Source: Klebsiella phage N1M2. From it: DNA of 64,000 nt. The stretch lies in the sequence record MN642089.1. One strand, 5' to 3'. Numbering within the stretch: position 1 is the first letter of the stretch; every line of letters begins with the position of its first letter. The notes under the pieces were generated by a model. The model was not told where the DNA came from. It did not search any database and saw only the letters and a list, made by a program, of their open reading frames with translations. Below, in pieces: positions 18,129-27,689 of this stretch. Both the position numbers and the translations under genes were made by a program.

Positions 18129-20207
18129 ATGTCATCTGCTGGACCATTCCTCTCAGAAGAATATACCAGTGATCGCAACATCTTAAAACATGCGATTAAT
18201 CAATACTCTTTAGTTGTCAGTCGTGTACGCGGTGAAGATGAAGATACAGTTCGTCAAAACTTGATGAAGTATTTTAAATCTCAACAGGAAAAGTTCCGCT
18301 CTCGTCGTGCTAAAGTTATTATTAAGAATAAGAACGAAGACCGTGAATTAAAAGTCATTCCTTTGTCTTCGGTATTTAAACATGTTCAGTCGAATAACTA
18401 CCACTTTAGTCCATCAATGGTTGCATACACTAACTCAGATAAAGAAGAATGTGTAAACTCCATTGGCACTCGTCTGTTCATCGATAACCGTAAACACTAT
18501 AAAGATCTTCGTCAGGTAGCTAAAGCAAACAACGATCCAGATCTTTACGGTAAATATCACGAATTACAGAACGCCTTTAAGATCTTTAACAACGCCCAGT
18601 CTGGTGCTATGAGTTCTGAAGGTACACCAATTAACAACAAGACTGGTCACACTTCACTGACTTCTACTTGTCGTTGCTTGACTTCTACAGCTAACCTTAT
18701 TAACGAACAGTTCATCGCAGGTAACCGTTTCTATAACACACCTGAGAATACATTACAAGCTATCGTTGCACGTCTTAAAGTGACTGACTATAAAGCACTT
18801 GAAGATGTAATGGAGAAATATAAACTTCATTATGCAACTGTTGATGATGTAATGAAACAAGTTGAATACTGTTCACGTCGTTATTGGGAATCTGAACGTC
18901 ACACTAACATCATTCGTGGTTTCGTTGAGAAACTGTCTGGTTTAGAACGTTCTTCTATTCTTTACACTATGGACCTGGTTCAGTTGTTCAACCATAACAA
19001 AGAAGTTGTTTCTAAGTTCTTTGACCGTTGGGTTGAAATGAATGATCCAGAAGAAGGTAAGACTGCTGACGATTATCTTGCTCCGGATAATGGAGATAAG
19101 TGGACACTGTGTATTTCTAAACTGCCTAACAAGCCACCTAAGGTTGCTGTTAACGCATTGAACGAATCACACATGAAAGTGGAAACTGAATATGGTGACT
19201 TTATGCGTCAATTCTTCCACTCACCTATTCCACCGTCTGGTCTGTTCGATGTTGTTTCCGCAGTTCGTGATTGCGTATTGACTTCTGATACTGACTCCTC
19301 CATTTATACAGTGGATGAAATGATCGAAGCTTATACTCATGACCGTGATAAAGGTGTTAAACTTAACGCAGTTCTGACTTACTTCATTCGTATGATCTCT
19401 GTTGACCAACACCAACAGCTTTCAGCTAACCTCAACGTAACTAAGAAAAACTTACGCATGTTGGGTATGAAGAATGAATACTACTTCGGTGCTTATGTTA
19501 CTACTCTGATGTCTAAACACTATTATGCTAGCCAGCTTATGGTGGAAGGTGTGATGAACCATGAACCAGAAATGGAAATCAAGGGCGTTCACCTTAAGTC
19601 ATCTAAGATTGCATCTAACATCAAAGACTTTGCTCAGAAGTTAATGAATGATACATTGATTGCGATTGAGAAGAAACAGAAACTGAATGCAGCAGAAACG
19701 CTGAAAGAAATTGGTGATCTAGAACGTACGATCATTGATGATATTCATGCGGGTGATTGGAAGTGGTTATCTCGTCAAGGTGTTAAGTCAGCGGCAGCTT
19801 ACTCTAAACCAATGGCTTCGGTTTACTTCTATCATGAACTGTGGGAAAATGTATTTGCTGATAAATATGGTCCTGCTCCAGAGCTTCCATATATCGGTGT
19901 TAAAATGTCAGTTGACTTAGGTAGTAAAACTAAAGTCAAAGAGTTTATTGAAAAGATCGAAGATCGTGAACTAGCTGAGAAGCTTGAGAAGTTCATGGAA
20001 AAAGCAGGTCGTACTGATTTAGGTAACTTGGTGGTTCCTATGGAACGTCTTCAGTTTATGGCAGACATTCCTAAAGAAATCAAGCAGTGTATTGATTATC
20101 GGACAATCATCAAACAGAACCTTAAGTGTGTTTATGAGGTTTTAAACTCGACCGGTTTGTACTTTATGAACGACTCGATCACTCGACTGGTATCTGACGA
20201 ACATTAA
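18129..20207 (+). CDS. family B DNA polymerase, C-terminal fragment (palm motif C plus thumb), split gene
   Basis: VLTSDTDSSIYTV matches motif C (YGDTDS-IY); downstream KNEYYFGA resembles the KKRY/KxY motif; GAGGGAA RBS before the ATG at 18129. Confidence 0.45.
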   Translation: MSSAGPFLSEEYTSDRNILKHAINQYSLVVSRVRGEDEDTVRQNLMKYFKSQQEKFRSRRAKVIIKNKNEDRELKVIPLSSVFKHVQSNNYHFSPSMVAYTNSDKEECVNSIGTRLFIDNRKHYKDLRQVAKANNDPDLYGKYHELQNAFKIFNNAQSGAMSSEGTPINNKTGHTSLTSTCRCLTSTANLINEQFIAGNRFYNTPENTLQAIVARLKVTDYKALEDVMEKYKLHYATVDDVMKQVEYCSRRYWESERHTNIIRGFVEKLSGLERSSILYTMDLVQLFNHNKEVVSKFFDRWVEMNDPEEGKTADDYLAPDNGDKWTLCISKLPNKPPKVAVNALNESHMKVETEYGDFMRQFFHSPIPPSGLFDVVSAVRDCVLTSDTDSSIYTVDEMIEAYTHDRDKGVKLNAVLTYFIRMISVDQHQQLSANLNVTKKNLRMLGMKNEYYFGAYVTTLMSKHYYASQLMVEGVMNHEPEMEIKGVHLKSSKIASNIKDFAQKLMNDTLIAIEKKQKLNAAETLKEIGDLERTIIDDIHAGDWKWLSRQGVKSAAAYSKPMASVYFYHELWENVFADKYGPAPELPYIGVKMSVDLGSKTKVKEFIEKIEDRELAEKLEKFMEKAGRTDLGNLVVPMERLQFMADIPKEIKQCIDYRTIIKQNLKCVYEVLNSTGLYFMNDSITRLVSDEH

Positions 20208-20229
20208 TCAATTCTATGTAAACTTATTG

Positions 20230-20261
20230 AACCCCACCTCGCACAAAGCGGGTGGGGTTCG
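20230..20261. terminator. bidirectional terminator between convergent genes
   Basis: GAACCCCACC-11 nt loop-GGGTGGGGTTC. Confidence 0.65.
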
Positions 20262-20275
20262 TGACAGATATATGT

Positions 20276-21367
20276 TTATTTCAAACGACTAACTTCTTCA
20301 TGCAACATGGAGAAATGCTTCCTCCATATAGGGTCTTTGATTTGGTTTTCCTGAGATGTGACAGACAGTTGATAATAGAGTTTCAAGTCACTACGCAACT
20401 TACCATCTACAGCACCAATAAAGTTACTATACTCTAAATAAGGTTTAACCATCCCAAGAGAAGCAATAGTCCAAACCCAACTCATTTGAACAAAGAACAA
20501 TGACTTACCTGCTTGAGGGAATATCATCTTAGATTGATCAACTGAGATATTGGTAACAGCATTGACTTCGACAAAGTTAGTAAATGATTTCATCGGCTGG
20601 GATAACAGATAGCGATTCTTGAAATCAGTATAGTCAATTAAGTTTTGGAAATAAGGTTCCAAGTTAAATGGACCTTTCCTTACTTCTATTTTCCCAGCAT
20701 TACCATTCAGGTAATTATAGTTGGTCAGCTCATTGTGATACAAATAGAAGTTCATCAATGGCAAACCAGCTAAATAACCATGTGGACTATTACCCCATTC
20801 AACACCACGTTTGAGGTGTCTCCAATATCCTATTACAAGAGCGTACACATCAATCTGAGCGATCGTATAAGCTGGGTTAGCTAACTCATAGACTTTAGTA
20901 TTGATTAGGTCTATGGTGTTCCAGCGCTGTTTTGTGTCAGTTGTGTAAATAGGAAAGATTGGAACTAAGGTATTTATTTCGTTATTGAAGTAACCATTTA
21001 TTTGCGAAGCAGAAGGTTTATCAAATGGAACAACCAAAAGAGTATTGTGATTCTTTTCAGGATACAAACTCAACGGATGGTTCTTTCCTCTATTATAGAG
21101 GGATGTAAAATTGACTGCACTTGCGTATTGTTGAATGTGAGTATCAATTACATTAATTAAGTAGTTGGGTTCCCATTCTACGTTCACGGAAAACATTAGC
21201 AGAAATTGAACTAATGGATTTTCATTGGGAAGAACTCTATTGCCAAGTTTGATCCAGTCTTCATACCGGTCATCATTCCTGGCCATAATACGTCTCAGGT
21301 TTCCGAGTGTACCCCATTCCCTGACTGCGTAGTTTAACCCATTAGGCGAAAGCTTAAAGTAAGACAT
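20276..21367 (-). CDS. hypothetical protein
   Basis: ATG (revcomp) at 21367 with GAGG RBS, MSYFKLSPNG...; the track start 21412 is an upstream extension. Confidence 0.5.
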   Translation of the reverse strand: MSYFKLSPNGLNYAVREWGTLGNLRRIMARNDDRYEDWIKLGNRVLPNENPLVQFLLMFSVNVEWEPNYLINVIDTHIQQYASAVNFTSLYNRGKNHPLSLYPEKNHNTLLVVPFDKPSASQINGYFNNEINTLVPIFPIYTTDTKQRWNTIDLINTKVYELANPAYTIAQIDVYALVIGYWRHLKRGVEWGNSPHGYLAGLPLMNFYLYHNELTNYNYLNGNAGKIEVRKGPFNLEPYFQNLIDYTDFKNRYLLSQPMKSFTNFVEVNAVTNISVDQSKMIFPQAGKSLFFVQMSWVWTIASLGMVKPYLEYSNFIGAVDGKLRSDLKLYYQLSVTSQENQIKDPIWRKHFSMLHEEVSRLK

Positions 21368-21533
21368 TAATAGAAGCCTCTGGAATATCTTCATTAAAAA
21401 ATTAATGAACATATCTATTATATGTAAAAATAAACTTTCAAGGTTAATCCTTGAAAGCTAGACGTGAGTCGCATGTCCATTTGAATGTATTCATACGATT
21501 TAACGTTGCAATTTTATCATCTCTAAAATATTT

Positions 21534-21568
21534 GAAGTCTATATTATTAGAGTGTATAAGGAAACAGA
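21534..21568 (+). promoter_or_regulatory. conserved AT-rich promoter-like motif (CTATATTATTAGAGTGTATAAGG)
   Basis: family member about 60 bp upstream of the chimallin-like gene; 19/19 identity to the core of the 31351 copy. Confidence 0.5.
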
Positions 21569-21624
21569 TGTTTCTATTATCCCTCACCAATCGTTAACGT
21601 TAACTATATATTAAGGAATTCCAC

Positions 21625-23541
21625 ATGTCTCTCGATAACAACATGAACGCAAATAACGCTCAATCTTCTTCTAACAACAACGCTGGTAAAAACACTATGT
21701 CTAATGCAAATCCACTGTTCGGCCTGCTGGGTGAAGCGAACCTGTTCTCTTCTACTCACTCCATCACTGAAGTAAAAGACATCCAGAAATCTCTGGAAGA
21801 AACCATTAAGTATCTGCAGAAGAACACTGCTTCTCAATCTCAGAAGCTGTCCCTCCCGACTCTGGTTCAGTCTATCACTTCCGACATCAGTTCTCAGCTG
21901 CCTGGCCTGACCATCTCCACTGTGATCAATGGCGTCCGTTATGTCATGCCGGTTCTGTTCTACAAAACTGGTGTAACCGAAGCTACAGAAGTGATCATGC
22001 TGGCTAACGAAAACATGCCGCGCGGTATTGCCAAAGTTCCTGCTTCCTTCATGAACAGCGAGCTGATGGAAAAGATCAAGTCTACTTCTGCATTCCACGA
22101 AGGTCAGCAGATGAAGAACGTTGTGATCGTAGCACCGTCTGTAGTTAACCTGGAAACCTTCATCAAGAACGCTGTCAAAGTTGAAGACGTTGTTCCTGAA
22201 GTTCGTACCAACCTGCTGAAAGAGTGGAACACTGCTCTGTACAACCTGGTTGTTCTGGAAGTAACTAAACAGGGTGTTGAATTCCCAACTCCGTTCAAAG
22301 ACGGTAAACTGTTCGGTAAAGACGATGCAGCTGTTGCGCGTATCGAGCCGGTAAACCGTGCTACCATCGACGGCAAACCAACTCCGTTCAACCTGGCGGT
22401 GAAACTGCACACCACCAATAAGAACAACACGCAGAACATGAACAGCAACAACACTCGTTCTATCTGCACCACTTATCTGAACGTATCTCTGGAAGCAATG
22501 TCTCAGCCTCAGTTCTTCCAGGCTCGTCAGCAGCGTCCAGGTCACAACGTCGGTCCTCTGGTTCCGGTAATCTCTACTGGTATCACTATCCCAGGCGAAA
22601 CCCTGAACAACAACAACTCCATGCTGACTGCTCTGCTGGGTCTGTACGCTTCTATCGGTGCAAACCAGATGCAGTTCTTCTCTGAAGCATTCCGTGGTAA
22701 AGAAGTTGGTCACCGTGGTAACATCGGTAACTTCAACAACTATCTGACTCAGATGCTGGGTAGCGCTTACGGCACCGCTCAGATGATCACTGATAAGAAC
22801 ATCACCAATGCAGCAGTTGTTAACCAGTGGCTGAACACCTACGTTGCTCCGAACGCAGTATACGTTCTGGATCTGGCATCCTTCACCGAAGACGTTTCTA
22901 ACTCCGACTTCTGGTGGAACATCATCGGTCAGCCGAATGGTTCTACTTACCATAAAGCTCTGATCAACCTGATGGACGTTCTGTCTAACAAAGCTTTCAG
23001 CCGCATCATCGCTGAGAACGCTGCAAAAGGTCAGAACCGTGATCCTCGTAAAGACTGGACTGCAGGTGATGCAATCCTGAAACCTACTCCGATCATGATG
23101 CCTGCTGGTATCGCTCGTGGTAAAGATGGGAAATGGTTCGACCTGGCAGAAGTTGACGGCATGTTCCTGCGTCAGGAAAACTACTACGGTCAAAACGAAC
23201 CAGCTGTTAATCAGTACCTGGGTCTTATCTGTGGCGCAACCGGTACCGATCCGAAAGCACGTCAGTATGCAATCTACAACCTGCTGAACCAACTGTTCGA
23301 TACCAACGTAATCATCGAAGGTTGGAAACGTCGCTTCGTATGGGAAGATGCATTCTTCAACACTGCAGCACGCGCAATGGCAACTGCTGGTGCAATGACC
23401 ATGTCCGCAAGCAACAACGTATCTGCTTGGACTGTTCAGCACAGCAACGACTACCTGAACTACACCATGTCTGCAGTTCTGCAGCAAGGTATGCAGGTTG
23501 GCGCAATGGGTGGCTTCTCTGGCGCCTACACCCACTACTAA
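21625..23541 (+). CDS. chmA: chimallin-like phage nucleus shell protein (candidate ChmA); major capsid protein not excluded
   Basis: 638 aa (~70 kDa); by eye the strongest host-preferred codon bias in the window (CTG, CGT, GGT, AAC); Asn-rich N-terminal extension; own promoter-like motif and strong terminator; about 7 kb from phuZ as in E. coli nucleus-forming phages. Confidence 0.5.
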   Translation: MSLDNNMNANNAQSSSNNNAGKNTMSNANPLFGLLGEANLFSSTHSITEVKDIQKSLEETIKYLQKNTASQSQKLSLPTLVQSITSDISSQLPGLTISTVINGVRYVMPVLFYKTGVTEATEVIMLANENMPRGIAKVPASFMNSELMEKIKSTSAFHEGQQMKNVVIVAPSVVNLETFIKNAVKVEDVVPEVRTNLLKEWNTALYNLVVLEVTKQGVEFPTPFKDGKLFGKDDAAVARIEPVNRATIDGKPTPFNLAVKLHTTNKNNTQNMNSNNTRSICTTYLNVSLEAMSQPQFFQARQQRPGHNVGPLVPVISTGITIPGETLNNNNSMLTALLGLYASIGANQMQFFSEAFRGKEVGHRGNIGNFNNYLTQMLGSAYGTAQMITDKNITNAAVVNQWLNTYVAPNAVYVLDLASFTEDVSNSDFWWNIIGQPNGSTYHKALINLMDVLSNKAFSRIIAENAAKGQNRDPRKDWTAGDAILKPTPIMMPAGIARGKDGKWFDLAEVDGMFLRQENYYGQNEPAVNQYLGLICGATGTDPKARQYAIYNLLNQLFDTNVIIEGWKRRFVWEDAFFNTAARAMATAGAMTMSASNNVSAWTVQHSNDYLNYTMSAVLQQGMQVGAMGGFSGAYTHY

Positions 23542-23579
23542 TAAATAGTAGTAAAAGCTAAAGTGTGATTAACTAAATT

Positions 23580-23622
23580 AACAGAGAGGGTGGGTGAAAG
23601 CCCTCCTCTCTGTTGTTTTTAT
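23580..23622 (+). terminator. rho-independent terminator
   Basis: ACAGAGAGG-loop-CCTCTCTGT then TGTTTTTAT. Confidence 0.7.
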
Positions 23623-23637
23623 AGGGGTTTTATTTTT

Positions 23638-25227
23638 ATGTCAAGTATGGCAGATGTACTTAACAAATTCGCAGATGAACATATGGTTCCAAGTAAGCTT
23701 TTTGATGCAATGATAAAAGCTACAGGAATAGTACCACAGCAGGATGACCAGTCGTTCTATACCCCAATTTATCCAGACTTCATTGACTTCGATGAGAAAC
23801 ATGATCAGTCTATCACACCACCAATCTATCTGAATGACTTCGACTTTAATATCGAAGAAGATCGTCAGGCAATCATTGAACTACTACGTACAGAGTTCGA
23901 AGGGAACAACTTTGACACTGTAGCTTCTTGTAGTTGTAAGAAGTATCGTAGTAATGCGTATTTAGGTTCCGGCTTTGTTTGTGAAGTTTGTGGTCACGAA
24001 GTGGTTAAACCACTCACCAGTCGTATCGAAACAAAAGTATGGCTTAAACGTCCAGCTAAAGTAGCAGGGTTTATTAGTCCAGCTATTTATGCTGTGTTCT
24101 TCAGCAAACTGAATACCAAATCTCCTAAAGTTAACTTGGTTGACTATTGGGTCAATCCAGATATCCGAAATGAGAAACGGTTTAAAGACGGCAACAATAA
24201 CGCATTTAAAATCGCATGTAAAATCGAAGCATTCCGCGAAACTCTGAATATCCCATATGGGTATAATAGTTTCATCGAAAACATCGATCTTATCATCCGT
24301 AGCGCTATTGAAGCTGATGTTAGTAAAGTGCTGGATCTGACAGAACAAGATCGTCAGTATTATTCTGAGTTCTGGGACAAGTATCGTACTAAAGCAGTAT
24401 TCAAATATTTACCACTTCCAAACAAGATCACCACAGTAGTTGAGTCGGATCAACGAGATCGCTATGTTAATAAAGAACAAACCGATCTGGATAAAATCTA
24501 TTTCACTCTTGCCGACACATATCCTGAATATGATATCCGCGTAGATGAAAACGAAGATCTGATGGGTCGTAATCTGAAAGGTCTGGTAGATGCCCTGGCT
24601 GAAGTACAGAAGAACATTCTGTTCGGTAAGAAAGGGATGATCCGATATCACGCAGGTGCTGGTAAACTTCCATTTACTGGTCGTTCTATTATTACCGGTG
24701 AATCAGGTGTATGTCGTTCAGATACCATTATCCTTCCATGGATGTATGGATTAACTTGTCTGGATAAACACTTAACTTCCTGGTTGTATCGTAAAGGTTA
24801 TACACCGAAGAAAATCAAAGAGATAATCCGAACTGCGGCTCATGCTAAACTTCCGATTATTGAAGAATTCTATACCTGGATTGAAACCAATCGTTATGCA
24901 ATGGTAACGGCCGGTCGAAATCCATCAATCCAATATCTGTCTGCACGTGGGTTCTTTGTTAAGTTTAACCGGGACCTTGATGATAAGTCCATCCGTATTC
25001 CAATTACTACCGTAAAAGAATTCGGTGCTGACTTTGATGGCGATCAGATGTATGTGATCTTTATCCCAGATATGATGTCTAAAATTGAAGCATATTCTAG
25101 CTGGGGTCACCATCAGATGTTGGATCCTAATAAACCATTTAGAACTAGTCGTTTTGCAACGCACACCAAGACTAACCTGCTGAATATTAATTCGCTGTTT
25201 CTTGATGTTCCTATTGAGGAGGATTAA
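23638..25227 (+). CDS. RNA polymerase beta-prime subunit, N-terminal fragment
   Basis: zinc finger CSC-x13-CEVC; catalytic loop GADFDGDQMYV (NADFDGDQM); ATG at 23638 (track GTG start 23590 lies inside the terminator). Confidence 0.8.
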   Translation: MSSMADVLNKFADEHMVPSKLFDAMIKATGIVPQQDDQSFYTPIYPDFIDFDEKHDQSITPPIYLNDFDFNIEEDRQAIIELLRTEFEGNNFDTVASCSCKKYRSNAYLGSGFVCEVCGHEVVKPLTSRIETKVWLKRPAKVAGFISPAIYAVFFSKLNTKSPKVNLVDYWVNPDIRNEKRFKDGNNNAFKIACKIEAFRETLNIPYGYNSFIENIDLIIRSAIEADVSKVLDLTEQDRQYYSEFWDKYRTKAVFKYLPLPNKITTVVESDQRDRYVNKEQTDLDKIYFTLADTYPEYDIRVDENEDLMGRNLKGLVDALAEVQKNILFGKKGMIRYHAGAGKLPFTGRSIITGESGVCRSDTIILPWMYGLTCLDKHLTSWLYRKGYTPKKIKEIIRTAAHAKLPIIEEFYTWIETNRYAMVTAGRNPSIQYLSARGFFVKFNRDLDDKSIRIPITTVKEFGADFDGDQMYVIFIPDMMSKIEAYSSWGHHQMLDPNKPFRTSRFATHTKTNLLNINSLFLDVPIEED

Positions 25228-25895
25228 TGCTAAATGCAACTAGCGCATTTACTCGTGCATGTAGCGGGTCTATGACAGATGCAAGTGCAGGTGCTTTTAA
25301 CACATTCATGAATGGGTTCTATGACAGATATCAGAACTTGAGTGGATGGTTGGGTGAAACTTTAAATACGGTAAAGGAAGCTCATAAGAACTTTATGGAT
25401 TCTCGTATGTGGGAATTCTCTAATCGTATCAATGGCAAAGACGGTCAGTATGTAGGTCGTTTTGAAATAGGTTATCTGTCCGAAGTTCAATATCAAAGAC
25501 AGGCAACTGGGTTCATGCGAGATTACATTATGGCTAACCCACTCTTGATGGATCTCTATCAGGAAGGGCGAGTTGATGGTTATGGTGGAGACTTTAGTGA
25601 CCTGTGTTCTGGAGTAGGTCGCGATAACTTCTATTATAACAAAGCCATCGACGGTAAGGTCATGTTTAATGAAGAAGAGAATACACTGAACCGAACTGTG
25701 TATACATCTTCTCGTGATTCCCTGACACACCTGACATTCTCCGAACGTGTTGATATCCATCGCACCTGGCAAGCTACTAACCTTCATATCGCAGCAAATC
25801 TGTTCGATCCGACTTCCATTATCGGTGACAACATTCTGAGTGTTGAAGAAGTAGAAGAACGTCGTCGTAAGTTAGAAGAAGAAAGTTCTGAATAA
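25227..25895 (+). CDS. hypothetical protein (possible RNAP-associated)
   Basis: 222 aa; start overlaps the stop of the beta-prime N fragment. Confidence 0.45.
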   Translation: MLNATSAFTRACSGSMTDASAGAFNTFMNGFYDRYQNLSGWLGETLNTVKEAHKNFMDSRMWEFSNRINGKDGQYVGRFEIGYLSEVQYQRQATGFMRDYIMANPLLMDLYQEGRVDGYGGDFSDLCSGVGRDNFYYNKAIDGKVMFNEEENTLNRTVYTSSRDSLTHLTFSERVDIHRTWQATNLHIAANLFDPTSIIGDNILSVEEVEERRRKLEEESSE

Positions 25896-25927
25896 CTGAA
25901 ACAGCAATGGGGTGGAAACACCCTGTT
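25890..25927 (+). terminator. rho-independent terminator
   Basis: AGCAATGGGGTG-gaaa-CACCCTGTTGCT then TTTTAT. Confidence 0.55.
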
Positions 25928-25970
25928 GCTTTTATCAGGTTCTTATTTTTTTGTCTTCAAGAGTGCGTAA

Positions 25971-26396
25971 ATGGATATTGTAACTAAAGTTCATATCAAA
26001 GTTCCCATGATGTCTCGTTCTGAGGTAGAGTATCTCGTACTTAACAATCTAATCGATGATGAGGGTAATATGCAAGTATTTACTGACAACCTGGTCGTGG
26101 TCAAACGTAAAGCAGATGAAGTTAATAACTTTAAGATCTATAACCATTTCGGCCAGCGTATCGGTCGTGTCAATTTCCAGGATGGATTTGTAAATGAAGA
26201 AACTGGTGCCAATGGTTTGACTAACGAAGCATTGATTGCTATTACTTTGAATCGTCTCGAAAGTCAGAATAAAGGTAAGTTCAAGTCAATCCATAACGAT
26301 AAAGCCATCGAATGTTTACGTGGTGCTTTGGTAGCATTAAAGGATCGCGTAGATGACAGAATGGCTCGTGGTGTTTCTAACACTGATGCGGAGTAA
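25971..26396 (+). CDS. hypothetical protein
   Basis: 141 aa. Confidence 0.5.
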   Translation: MDIVTKVHIKVPMMSRSEVEYLVLNNLIDDEGNMQVFTDNLVVVKRKADEVNNFKIYNHFGQRIGRVNFQDGFVNEETGANGLTNEALIAITLNRLESQNKGKFKSIHNDKAIECLRGALVALKDRVDDRMARGVSNTDAE

Positions 26397-26864
26397 ATGA
26401 TGTCTAATTTTGGTTACTGTGAATTGCAGGTAGACCTTAACACCGGGATGAAGATTCAAAAGGCCATCGACTCTGCTGAAGTTGAACAACCTTTAGATCT
26501 CATCCCTGCTAACAAGCTTCACGCTACAATAATGTACGATGAGCGGAATCCTGATATCTTCCCTTCTAAATCTAATAAGGTTTACAAGGCTAAGGTTAAA
26601 GGCGTAAAGACATTAGGTGATCCTAATTCCAGATGGTACGCGGCAGCTTTGGTTCTGGAGTGCCCAGCAATACAAAGCCGTCATAAGCAACTACTGGATG
26701 AAGGTTTCAAACATTCTTATGACGACCTTCTGCTACACGTTTCATTATGCTACGGTAAAGACACAGATATTGTTGCACCACTATTGGAGAAATTGATGTC
26801 GGAAGGTAAGTTCCCTGACACCATTACTCTGTGCAATGAAACCTGGGAACACTGCGGCGACTAA
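26397..26864 (+). CDS. hypothetical protein
   Basis: 155 aa. Confidence 0.5.
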   Translation: MMSNFGYCELQVDLNTGMKIQKAIDSAEVEQPLDLIPANKLHATIMYDERNPDIFPSKSNKVYKAKVKGVKTLGDPNSRWYAAALVLECPAIQSRHKQLLDEGFKHSYDDLLLHVSLCYGKDTDIVAPLLEKLMSEGKFPDTITLCNETWEHCGD

Positions 26865-26940
26865 GCGTGGAGCTGTAAAAGGATATTTTAGTAGAGGGAT
26901 CTGGTAGGAGAGTGGATCAAGATTCACTTGTATTTCATTT

Positions 26941-26970
26941 CAGACCTATATTACTTAAGTGATAAACCTA
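26941..26970 (+). promoter_or_regulatory. conserved AT-rich promoter-like motif (CAGACCTATATTACTTAAGTGATAAACC)
   Basis: same CAGACCTATATTA prefix as the 46208 copy. Confidence 0.45.
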
Positions 26971-27009
26971 AACAGTTTTAACTTAATTAACTATAGAGAG
27001 AAACTAACT

Positions 27010-27177
27010 ATGTTCTTCAACAGCCCACATGACTCAGTAGTAATCGGTTCTGCATTCTTCAGCGGTGTTGGTGTACTGGTATTCGGTACTGCTGCATACT
27101 ACGGTATCAAGGCAGCTATCATTCAGTTCATCAATAGCCGTGAAGCAAACCGCCCAATGGCTACTCGCAATAAATAA
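27010..27177 (+). CDS. small hydrophobic membrane protein (56 aa)
   Basis: ATG at 27010 with GAGAGA RBS; FFSGVGVLVFGTAAYYGIKAAII TM segment; host-like codons; own promoter motif and strong terminator. Confidence 0.5.
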   Translation: MFFNSPHDSVVIGSAFFSGVGVLVFGTAAYYGIKAAIIQFINSREANRPMATRNK

Positions 27178-27185
27178 GTCATAAC

Positions 27186-27240
27186 CAGGATCTCCCCTAA
27201 CCGGGAGATCCTGTTATTCTATACTTGTTTATTTTTTTTT
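27186..27240 (+). terminator. rho-independent terminator
   Basis: CAGGATCTCCC-ctaacc-GGGAGATCCTG then a long T run. Confidence 0.75.
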
Positions 27241-27280
27241 GTTTTCATATTTTGATTAGCTTTATATAGAGGAAAGCAAA

Positions 27281-27688
27281 ATGTCTAAAGGTGTAGTAGG
27301 AACTATGGATACGGTAGGATTTATTACCGAACCCACTATCAAGATAGATAGACTCATTGCATATTGGTTTGCTAACCGAATTGACCAATGTTTGATCTTA
27401 AGAAATATTCACTCTTATCAGTATGTCATCGCTAAACACCAGGATGATAAAAAGAGTGAAGAACGGTTACTGGCGGATATAGAAAATAACCTGCGTGAGT
27501 ATCTACTGGAATGTTTCGAAGGTTGCTCTGTTAGTGCTTGGGCGAAACGTGAAAATCCTGGTGACAAGATGTTTACCTTGGTTCTGTCTGGAACAGTCTT
27601 CCAAGACGGCAAGGAATACGATCTTGCAAAATCTGTACTGATTAACGGCAGTACATACGAACTCATTGATAAAGGACGTGGTGGTTGA
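27281..27688 (+). CDS. hypothetical protein
   Basis: 135 aa; GAGGAAAG RBS. Confidence 0.5.
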   Translation: MSKGVVGTMDTVGFITEPTIKIDRLIAYWFANRIDQCLILRNIHSYQYVIAKHQDDKKSEERLLADIENNLREYLLECFEGCSVSAWAKRENPGDKMFTLVLSGTVFQDGKEYDLAKSVLINGSTYELIDKGRGG

Positions 27689-27689
27689 T

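Noticed and set aside
21604-23535. 643-aa minus-strand ORF antisense to the chimallin-like gene (also 22104-22472)
   Set aside because: Shadow ORF produced by the extreme codon bias of the plus-strand gene; low-complexity Val/Ser/Cys-rich translation, no RBS, fully nested in a better gene
21625-23541. T4-like phage identity / gp23 capsid for the abundant 638-aa protein
   Set aside because: Split RNAP subunits, PhuZ tubulin and absence of T4 hallmark sequences point to a phiKZ-like nucleus-forming jumbo phage; the N-terminus does not resemble T4 gp23
23590-23637. Track start codons GTG 23590, GTG 14028, TTG 56372, TTG 2761, 31343, 10803 and 44341
   Set aside because: These extensions run through terminator hairpins, promoter motifs or upstream genes; downstream ATGs with RBS (23638, 14082, 56429, 2803, 31406, 10866, 44470) fit better
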